64,000 nt of DNA from a virus (taxonomy: Duplodnaviria; Caudoviricetes): IMG/VR virus record IMGVR_UViG_3300021958_008605, positions 13,220-77,219 of that record, one strand, 5' to 3'. Below are positions 38,503-46,800 of this stretch, in pieces; position 1 is the first letter of the stretch; each line of letters begins with the position of its first letter. Below the pieces are notes generated by a model. The model was not told where the DNA came from, made no database searches, and saw nothing but the letters and a program-made list of their open reading frames with translations. A program made the translations under genes and the position numbers.

Positions 38503-39443
38503 AAACCTTTTAATTTTTGTGATATAATATCACCGAAACCAGTTTCTTCTGTTTCTTTTAATTTTGAATTTATTTGTGAAAATCCCATATCAGATGCATC
38601 TTTATCTGATGGTACAATGTTTTTTGTTTGAATACCTTGATTGGTATATTGCATAGTATATCGTAACGCTTCTTGTTGTGCATCTTCATCTAATAAGATG
38701 TTAACACTCTTTACTCCATTTTTAAATATAGCATCATTTAATTTTTTAGGAACGAACTTACCCAATATTGGTATAGCATTCCTTTTTACCGCCATTGCAT
38801 CAAATACACCTTCTACTAATGTTATTGGTTCTTTCCAATTTATTTGGTTTTCGAACATGATAACATTTTTCGAAACTGGTGGATTTTTGTATTTAAATTT
38901 TTCCTCAGTAAATACAGACCTCGCGATGAAGTAATTGAGTCTGTTATCTCTATCATAAGAAGGAATAATAATCCTATTGGCATAATGACCAGAATCACAA
39001 TAACCGATATTATATCTTCTAATATCTTCTCTAGTGATACCCCTTTCTTCTGCATATTTCAATGCCTTTCTGTACACAGGATTTATCTTTCCTTTTGGTA
39101 CTTTTAAAAGTGACTGAAACTCATTAGGTAACCTTAACTCTACCTTTTCTTCTTCGGTATCCTTACTATAAACAATATAATCATCACCATAGATTTCATA
39201 TAATTTCTTTAATTTATGAGAATCTACATGAAGTCTTTTAAGTAATCTTTGTATCTTTCTTCCTTTTGCATCACAAACCCAACAATGCCAATATTGAGTT
39301 TTTAAGTTAATTTGTAACTTTTTCTTATGGTGATGGCAAAATGGACAGTAGTGAGCTTGTTCATCATTTTTCATAGATGTACCCACTCCCAATACACCAT
39401 TTAATATGTTTATAACTTCTTGTTTCTCGTGATGTGAAAGCAT
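38499..39443 (-). CDS. DnaG-type DNA primase (T4 gp61-like)
   Basis: Zn finger CPFC...HCWVC, RIIIP, YFIAR, KYKNP, TOPRIM EGVFD and DED, KDASD. Confidence 0.88.
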   Translation of the reverse strand: MLSHHEKQEVINILNGVLGVGTSMKNDEQAHYCPFCHHHKKKLQINLKTQYWHCWVCDAKGRKIQRLLKRLHVDSHKLKKLYEIYGDDYIVYSKDTEEEKVELRLPNEFQSLLKVPKGKINPVYRKALKYAEERGITREDIRRYNIGYCDSGHYANRIIIPSYDRDNRLNYFIARSVFTEEKFKYKNPPVSKNVIMFENQINWKEPITLVEGVFDAMAVKRNAIPILGKFVPKKLNDAIFKNGVKSVNILLDEDAQQEALRYTMQYTNQGIQTKNIVPSDKDASDMGFSQINSKLKETEETGFGDIISQKLKGL

Positions 39444-39463
39444 ACTTTACCTTTAAAACTATA

Positions 39464-39495
39464 CAAATATACGAAAAATAATTTAAATATCCAAA
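39464..39495 (-). promoter_or_regulatory. Bacteroidota-type housekeeping promoter (-33 TTTG / -7 TATATTTG, 20-nt spacer) for primase and sbcCD
   Basis: Minus strand TTTGgatatttaaattatttttcgTATATTTG, 21 nt upstream of ATG 39443; matches the TTTG / TAnnTTTG consensus. Confidence 0.75.
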
Positions 39496-39929
39496 TCTTT
39501 TCTAAAAAATTTGCCTAATATATTATCATTTAACGATAATTCATCCTCTAAAACCTTATTTTGAAACAATTCTTCTACTTCATAATAGGTTAATGATTTT
39601 GGTGTTTTACAAAATCTAAGGATTTTTAACTCCAAACTATCATTTATTTTATCTTGATTACCAGTTTCTTTTCCAGCTTCGTGTTCATGGAACCACAGTT
39701 GAACTGCAGTATTTGAAGAACGATAATCTACCCATTTAGATTCTTTGATTACTTTTCTTTTTCTTTTGTACCCCTTTAGTGGTGGTAATGTTCTTTTTGC
39801 ATATAAGGATTTTTTCCCTATATAGTATTCACCTGTTTGGTGGTTTATTATTTTGTATATAAATCCGATAGTCCCCTCAGGCATATCTGATATTTCTGTT
39901 ATTGGTCTACCTTGGTAACTCCATCCCAT
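39483..39929 (-). CDS. GIY-YIG-like endonuclease of the T4-like phage type
   Basis: GFIYKI-N9-YYIGKK, conserved W..Y.SS, EE.FQ..VL, LNDNI. Start likely MGWSY at 39929. Confidence 0.65.
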   Translation of the reverse strand: MGWSYQGRPITEISDMPEGTIGFIYKIINHQTGEYYIGKKSLYAKRTLPPLKGYKRKRKVIKESKWVDYRSSNTAVQLWFHEHEAGKETGNQDKINDSLELKILRFCKTPKSLTYYEVEELFQNKVLEDELSLNDNILGKFFRKDLDI

Positions 39930-40488
39930 AGTTAAAAATTTTAAAGTCATTTTCATACCTTTCTTTTACCCAATCTATCATCCAATCTTCGCTATAAAAG
40001 GTTTTATAATAACCCTCTTGTTTTAGATTTGGATGTCTATCATATATTGGATTTCGGTTCAAATGAGGTAACTTATAATTATTAACACCTATTGTGTTAA
40101 AAATATGTTTTATATCTTCTTTTAAGTTTTCATACTTTCCTATAAAAGAAATCTTTTTTTGTTTATTACTTCCAGCTTTTGTAAAAAAATACTGAGGCAT
40201 TAACCATATATCACTTTTACTTTCTTTTGTTAATAAATCTGAGAATGTTGATTTATAGATACCTTTTCTTATACCATGTTCATATACAGAAGCTAATCGT
40301 GTATATGGATTTCTTACAAATGTAAAAATAAAAAAATCATCTACATCCTCAAATGCTCTAATAGAATCATGTGATTGTAAAATTTTAGTACCAGGTATTT
40401 TTGATAATACATTTGTAATTGATGTACCACCTGTTTTAGGTATGTGAATAAATGCCCATTTCTGAGCTTGGTTAATGAGTAAACTCAA
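39907..40488 (-). CDS. Sulfotransferase family 2 protein (PAPS-dependent carbohydrate sulfotransferase-like)
   Basis: FIHIPKTGGTSI (5'-PSB loop), FVRNPYTRLASVY (3'-PB), FIGKYENL, LPHLN, DFKIFNY. Confidence 0.85.
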   Translation of the reverse strand: MSLLINQAQKWAFIHIPKTGGTSITNVLSKIPGTKILQSHDSIRAFEDVDDFFIFTFVRNPYTRLASVYEHGIRKGIYKSTFSDLLTKESKSDIWLMPQYFFTKAGSNKQKKISFIGKYENLKEDIKHIFNTIGVNNYKLPHLNRNPIYDRHPNLKQEGYYKTFYSEDWMIDWVKERYENDFKIFNYGMELPR

Positions 40489-40498
40489 AATGAAAGTT

Positions 40499-40681
40499 TT
40501 AGCGTGAAACAGAATCAGAATATTTTTTCTGATTTAATTTTCCTCCTCTTGCATTTGCAAGAGCTTTATCATCTTTGTGAAGTTTGTTTGTAGAATCAGC
40601 TGATATAGGAGTTTTATCTTTACCCTTATCTGCTAATTTAGAAAATTCTGATTTGTTGTATAAGTCTTGTATTGATGCCAT
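40499..40681 (-). CDS. Small Lys-rich hypothetical protein (60 aa)
   Basis: Start MASIQ at 40681 has AAGGAG SD and an ATATTTATA motif upstream. Confidence 0.65.
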   Translation of the reverse strand: MASIQDLYNKSEFSKLADKGKDKTPISADSTNKLHKDDKALANARGGKLNQKKYSDSVSR

Positions 40682-40703
40682 AATTAGTATCTCCTTTGTA
40701 TTA

Positions 40704-40712
40704 TATAAATAT
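40704..40712 (-). promoter_or_regulatory. ATATTTATA motif, putative late promoter
   Basis: Exact motif 23 nt upstream of ATG 40681. Confidence 0.6.
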
Positions 40713-40715
40713 AGT

Positions 40716-41846
40716 TTATGTATCGAAACGAACAATAAAGTTCACATCGTAATCTGGTAGGTTCTTTATTGGTGTTGGTAATTTAGCAACTGCAACCATA
40801 TCCCCATCATTATCATACAACCCAATAGTTGATATATAAGTTGTTAAATATGAGCCTGTTGGGTCTGTTGATGCATTAGTAAAATAATCATTCCAAGTAC
40901 CAGTTGTAGAACCATATGAACCTGTATAAGATGATTTTTGTGATATATCTCTTACTTCTTTTATTTTTTTAGTTTGTGCAGAACTTACATTTGTAACAGC
41001 AGTTGTTGTGAAATCATATGAACCACTTAAAGTTACATCAACTGCTGATGGGTTTTGTGAATAATTAAATTCACCAGCTTTACTTGAAATTAAAACCTCG
41101 GTTTCGTGTATTGTTTTTGTACTTTTAAATGTACAACTATATTCACTAAGTTCTGATAATCCAGTAAATACTAACAATCCATCGGAGTAAAATATATTAC
41201 CATATTGTGTTTGGTCAATATTCAATCCTTCAAACTCTAATGGAGATGCCGTCTCAAGAGTATTATTTTGAAAATCAAGCCTAACAACTGTAACAGTATT
41301 GGTATCACTTCCAAATGTTAGTACAGCTACTCCTGTTTGAAAGTCCATACTTGTAATTGTTCCTGTAAACAAATCTCCATCAGCATCTTGTATAACAATA
41401 CTACTATCTTGTAAATCAACTGATACTACAACATATATAGGTGTGTTTGCTGTTACATTTCCTTGAGAATCATCTACATAAACAACACCATCATTATCAG
41501 TAAACTGTAAACTACCTGGTTTAATTCTTTCACCATACTTATTCTGTGGAATTGGAATAACATAAATAGTATCACTTATATTTCTTTTAGTAGTAGCATC
41601 CGATGGGTCTTCAAGGCTTCCGAATAAGTTAAATATATTATCTTGATTTTGAAAATATTTTGATTTTATTGAAGAATATAAAGAAGAAGTAACAAAACCA
41701 CTTTGAGTAACAGAGTTATCTATATCATAATATCCCTCACCAAGAGATGCAGATATGACAGAATAATTAGAGTGTGTTACTGTCCAATTCTTATGAACCT
41801 TAAAACTCCTACGATTGACACTCGATTTTGGTATTGTTTTTAACAT
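40716..41846 (-). CDS. Virion structural protein, tail-collar-like C-terminus (paralog of 41935..43140)
   Basis: GERIKPGS, YGNIFYSDG, EFNYSQNPS, YISTIGLYDNDGDMVAVAKLPTPIK. Confidence 0.6.
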   Translation of the reverse strand: MLKTIPKSSVNRRSFKVHKNWTVTHSNYSVISASLGEGYYDIDNSVTQSGFVTSSLYSSIKSKYFQNQDNIFNLFGSLEDPSDATTKRNISDTIYVIPIPQNKYGERIKPGSLQFTDNDGVVYVDDSQGNVTANTPIYVVVSVDLQDSSIVIQDADGDLFTGTITSMDFQTGVAVLTFGSDTNTVTVVRLDFQNNTLETASPLEFEGLNIDQTQYGNIFYSDGLLVFTGLSELSEYSCTFKSTKTIHETEVLISSKAGEFNYSQNPSAVDVTLSGSYDFTTTAVTNVSSAQTKKIKEVRDISQKSSYTGSYGSTTGTWNDYFTNASTDPTGSYLTTYISTIGLYDNDGDMVAVAKLPTPIKNLPDYDVNFIVRFDT

Positions 41847-41864
41847 AGTGATATTACTCCTCTA

Positions 41865-41873
41865 TATAAATAT
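41865..41873 (-). promoter_or_regulatory. ATATTTATA motif, putative late promoter
   Basis: Exact motif 19 nt upstream of ATG 41846, just downstream of a terminator; GAGGAG SD follows. Confidence 0.6.
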
Positions 41874-41881
41874 GTAGAAAT

Positions 41882-41907
41882 AAAAAACCCCATTCACGAT
41901 GGGGTTT
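41882..41907 (-). terminator. Intrinsic terminator after 41935..43140
   Basis: Minus strand AAACCCCAT-cgtga-ATGGGGTTT followed by TTTATT. Confidence 0.85.
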
Positions 41908-41934
41908 GTTATGTTTGAAATGTGTACCTACGGT

Positions 41935-43140
41935 TTAGAAATCAAGTTTTACTTTGATTAATACTTCTTTATCAAATGATTTAGCAATTGGTTGTGATGT
42001 TTTAGATACTGCAATCATTTCGTTTGCATCATTATATAATCCAACAGTTGTAATAAATGTATTTGGATTTTTTTCAAATGTTGATTCTGCGAATGTTCCA
42101 TCTGAACCTGTTACAAATGTTGGGTTGTTAGAGAAGTTAAATTCTCTGTTAGTTGCTCTTACAAAGTAATGTGAAGTAGAAACATTTTCTGTTCTTCTTG
42201 CTTCAAAATCAGCACCTAACTGAATTGATTCAACTAATCTTAAATGGTTTTTAGCACTTGCATTTGTTGCTAAACTTCCTTTTAAATCTCTACCATGAAC
42301 ACTTCCAAGTGAACTTGAAACTGCTGTTGGGTTAAGTACTATTAATCCTTGGTCAGGGTAGAACAGTCCAAATCCTTCTCCATTTACACCATAGTTTGTA
42401 TTGATTGTTGCTGAGTTCTCTGTACCTAAGTTAAGTGAACCACTTACAACATTAAATACTCTACCTGCTTTTCCAACTGTATCATCAAATTTCTTTCCAC
42501 TATCATCTATTAATGTAGTTGTACCCAATGAACCACTTAAAGTAAGTGACCAGTTTCCTGCATCCATTTTTTCTTTATATCTTGCTCTTGCAACATTGAT
42601 TACATAGATGGCATCTGAATCGTGTGTTCCTGCAGCTGATGAAGATACAAATGTAAATTTAGAATCATCTTGGTCTAAAAGGATTGAACGATACTGATTG
42701 TAAGTTGCTTTAGTTTCTAAAGTTGAGTTATCATCTCCAGATAATGCTGGGGAACCTTTACCCAATCTATTCCCATACGCAACTGCAAACTGTACTGATG
42801 ATGTTGCTGCTGTATCGTAAACATTATAGTAATATTTACCACTTGCTGCTGATACTTGAGCAGATGAGGTATAGAAAGATGTTAAACTTCCAGTATCACC
42901 ACTCCAAAGACCAGTTGTAACAACTTCAACCTTACCATTAATTTGGTCAAATTCGTTAAATCGTTTATAAATTCCCGTAGTAATTGTACCACCTTGTCCT
43001 GCTAACTTATCACCACCAACTAAATATTGGTTAATGATAGTGGCAAGTTGTTCAGAGGTAAGATTACCTTGTTGAGCAGATAAGTAATTTGCTAACTCTT
43101 GGGTTAAGTTTGCTCCTGCTTGTCCTGTTATTTGTGCCAT
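41935..43140 (-). CDS. Virion structural protein, tail-collar-like C-terminus
   Basis: KEKMDAGNW, FGLFYPDQG, EFNFSNNPTF, FITTVGLYNDANEMIAVSKTSQPIAK. Confidence 0.6.
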   Translation of the reverse strand: MAQITGQAGANLTQELANYLSAQQGNLTSEQLATIINQYLVGGDKLAGQGGTITTGIYKRFNEFDQINGKVEVVTTGLWSGDTGSLTSFYTSSAQVSAASGKYYYNVYDTAATSSVQFAVAYGNRLGKGSPALSGDDNSTLETKATYNQYRSILLDQDDSKFTFVSSSAAGTHDSDAIYVINVARARYKEKMDAGNWSLTLSGSLGTTTLIDDSGKKFDDTVGKAGRVFNVVSGSLNLGTENSATINTNYGVNGEGFGLFYPDQGLIVLNPTAVSSSLGSVHGRDLKGSLATNASAKNHLRLVESIQLGADFEARRTENVSTSHYFVRATNREFNFSNNPTFVTGSDGTFAESTFEKNPNTFITTVGLYNDANEMIAVSKTSQPIAKSFDKEVLIKVKLDF

Positions 43141-43158
43141 TTTATTTTTTCCTCTTTA

Positions 43159-43782
43159 TTAACTTGGTTGTACATATGTTATTGTTACTGGAATCGATTG
43201 TGAACCACCAGTCTCATTTCCATAAACAGTAATAGTTGTTTTAACTGTTGCTGTTATGTTAGGATTAGGAATGAAAGTAAATTCAAGTCCTGTTTCAACT
43301 GCGGCTGTTGCAGTTAATTCATCCCCTAAGAATGTTGGTGTTGTTCCATTTTCTATACCACTACCTACGATAGAACCTGCGTTTTTATTAGCAAGTATTA
43401 CTGTATATCCACTTTGTGTGTTTCCACTTGGTGAAGTTGTTGGTGATAAGTTCACCTGTCCACCATTTTGAGTTGTAGAAATTGAAGGGACTCCAAACTC
43501 AACTTTAGGAATCTTAGTTGTACCTTTTGGTAAAGTAACTAACTTGTATCTTAATACTTGAGTTTCATCTGGTGAAGCTTCAGTTACAGGTATTGCTCTA
43601 ATAGCTGCATCATAATAAGCACTTCCTTTTGGATGTGCTGGTTCGTAAAGGGTATAATCTATTTCATCATCACCCAAAGCGAACTTTGTGATGTTTAAAC
43701 CTTGTCCAGCTGCTAACTTCTCTCTACCCTTCTTAGTAAGAATTGCATCTACTGTGATTTCGGTGTTATCTAAATAAGCCAT
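43159..43782 (-). CDS. Virion structural protein, tail-collar-like N-terminus
   Basis: AILTKKGREKLAAGQGLNITKFALGDDE resembles the N-terminus of P2 gpH-type tail-collar domains. Confidence 0.55.
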   Translation of the reverse strand: MAYLDNTEITVDAILTKKGREKLAAGQGLNITKFALGDDEIDYTLYEPAHPKGSAYYDAAIRAIPVTEASPDETQVLRYKLVTLPKGTTKIPKVEFGVPSISTTQNGGQVNLSPTTSPSGNTQSGYTVILANKNAGSIVGSGIENGTTPTFLGDELTATAAVETGLEFTFIPNPNITATVKTTITVYGNETGGSQSIPVTITYVQPS

Positions 43783-43813
43783 AATTTAAATTCCTTGTTA
43801 ATGTTATTCAATA

Positions 43814-43822
43814 TATAAATAT
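43814..43822 (-). promoter_or_regulatory. ATATTTATA motif, putative late promoter
   Basis: Exact motif 32 nt upstream of ATG 43782. Confidence 0.55.
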
Positions 43823-43841
43823 AACTATTTTATAAAATCAT

Positions 43842-46800
43842 TTAATCTACCTCTAATATTGGTTCTCCACTACCTCTACCACTCTTGTTTACTCTTAATG
43901 TATTCGGGTTTGTAGTAAATGTTTGTACAGGTGAACCACCATCTAAAGTAGTTGCCTGTGTTTGTTTTGAACCATTAAAGAATGAGTTTTCTAAACCAGT
44001 TGTTAAATCCCCAACATTTCTATAATGAGATGGGAAATATCCATTTAATGGAGTTACAGAAACAATATCACCTCCACTTGGAGTTGATGTTTCTAATCCA
44101 TTAGAACCAGTAAATGGTAAAATGGTTACTTTGTTTCTATATTTTGTTTGTGTTACAAATTGTGTACCTTGAGATGCATCATCTGATATATTTTCTGGTA
44201 CATCTTCTGTATAAGATTGTTTTACTAAAAATACTTTTACTCTTTCTTTTATTCTATTTCCAGATACATCTATGTAATTTCTTATAGAATGAGAACCACT
44301 TCCATATAATCCAAATCCTAATCTTGATATTCCATCAGGATCCATTCCTATTTGTTCATATGCAGTTGAATCATATTGACCTTGTACTGAACCTGTGATT
44401 TTAGCATCGATATTAAATACAATACCACCCATGGTTGAATCTTTATCTCTTGTAATACTACCAACTAAGTTAATATCGGATTCTGCAGATATGGTTGTAG
44501 AATAATCAGGATTTGTTCCAGTTAAAGTTACATCACTTTCTGCATCTACAACTCCACTATATTGTGGGTTTGTTCCTTGTAAATTTATATCAGTTTCTGC
44601 ATCTACAACTGCGTTATATTGTGGATTTTCACCATTTAGATTTACATCTTCTTCAACATCAATAGTAGTACTCCAATTTCTTTTTACAGAAGTTGGTTTA
44701 TTCCATTTTGTTTTACTTCTTTCTAAAATATGTGGTTCAATTAATAATCCACTTGATGTAATTGCTCTATGTGGTACAAGTGATTCTAAAGTTTCAAATA
44801 AAGATTTATCTATATATCTTACTAATTGAATATATTCTTGGAAATTAAGAGAGTATCTATCAAAGTAATAATTTCTTAATTGTTTTAATTCGCTGTACTC
44901 ATCCGAGTATTCATCTGCTGGATTACCAATATAATCATCTATACTAAACTCACCCAATCCTTTTAGAATATCTAAATTAATTTCTTTAATTGGTGAAAAG
45001 AATAACCCTAATCTATTTGAATCAACAGGTGATTGGTCAAATGATTTTTTGGTTGCTCTTGTTCTATAATTTAAATCTAATATTTTAGTTTGTGATTCAA
45101 ATCTTATTTTATTACCAAAACTAAATCCTGTTGATGGAACATTTGCAGTTACATCTCTATCATATGGTGTATATTGGTATGGATAACTACTTTCGTTTGT
45201 AAATCCACTAGCAACAGATGAAGTACAATAACTTGTTATTATTGCAACATTTTTAATATCAACATCACCACTTGTATGCCTATTCTTTGGATATTCAAAA
45301 TCATTTCTAAATATTAAATCATGAGTTGAAGCTGATATATGATTTCCATCAACTGCATCTGGAAATAATGTGTGATTATCAACTCTTGATTCTGATAGTG
45401 GTGTTCTCCACAATCGTATTTCATCAACAGAAGCAGTAAGTGTACTACCTCCTACTTTTATCTCACTACCACTAGTCCATCCACTTACTCCACTTATAGT
45501 TAAACTACCACTTACATTAGTTCTAATTCTTTCTTGAAATCCTTCTTTTGCGTAGAATGTAAATACATCATTTCCACTTGTTGTTTCTTTAGTTACAACA
45601 ATTTGAGTATATCCATCATTAAATAATGGAGCAGTTTCAGTTGATTCACTAACCAAAGTACTTCCACTCATTACTCTAAGTTCTACTTTTCCAAGAGAAC
45701 CTGTATCTTTTAATAAATGTAGAGACCAATCTGAACCGCTTAATATTTCTTGGTCTTGTCTTTGTTCTGTATTTAATCTTAATTCAACAGAGTTTGGATA
45801 ATCTGTACTTAATGTATTACTAAATGGTTTCCAAGGTATTGTTATTGCTGATGAACCACTTATGTTAATAGATGCTGTTCTATCTTCAAATGTAAATTTA
45901 GTTGTACCACTTTGTGTTGTATCTTTTGGTCCACCAAATTCCATTACAGTTAATAAAGAATTAGGAATACCATAACAACTCATAGCCGCATGAAGTGCTC
46001 TCTTAGTTCCTTTGTGTTTGTAAAGATATGGTAAGTTATTTAAAATTCTTCTCCAAATTTCTTGTTGTCTATCTTTACCACTCATTTCAGTTACAACAGT
46101 ACCATCGGTATGTTTACCAAAAGCATATTCCCAAAGGAATTGAGATTGTGCTCCCATATCAGCATCAAATCCAAGTGATTCTAACATATGATAAACTAAA
46201 TCATTTGTTATTCCATTTTCATATTTATGTTCTAATTTTTTTGAATTAGAAATACCCTTTATATGTGTCCATAAAATATCAAAGTGTTGTCCAACCATAT
46301 CAAAGAATAAAACAAACTCTTGTCCTTTATCATCTTCTTGAATGTGTTGTGGTAAGTTATAAGTAAACCTTGATGTATTGGTATTATCATAATTAGTTGC
46401 AGAATCAATAGCACCATTATACCAATCAACAGCAGATGAACTTAGTGGATGTATAATACTACCTGTACTATTTGTTTTTGGATATGTAAAAGTATCAGCC
46501 GAAGAAGATTCATATAAGAATTTTTCAAAAGAATCAAATCCTTTTTTAATATTGTTTATTTTTGTAAGTTGTGAGTTAGCCTCATTTGTTACTGAAACAG
46601 ACCCCGTCCAATCGGTACCTGTTGTTAATAAATTATATCGTGTATCATACGAGTTTATTAGTTTTACTTTATAGTAAAAATTTTCTACTCTTTCTACTGC
46701 TGAAGAATACTTTACAAAATCTTTCCAATTGTAATCTTTATTTCCTTTAACTAAAACACTATCTACAAAAGAAGTAGATGCTGAAACATAATTTATATTT

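Noticed and set aside
39483-39929. Mobile homing endonuclease (Seg-like) element
   Set aside because: The protein is short, lacks a C-terminal DNA-binding (NUMOD/HTH) domain, and shows no intron or insertion-site context. It is more like the conserved stand-alone T4-type nuclease.
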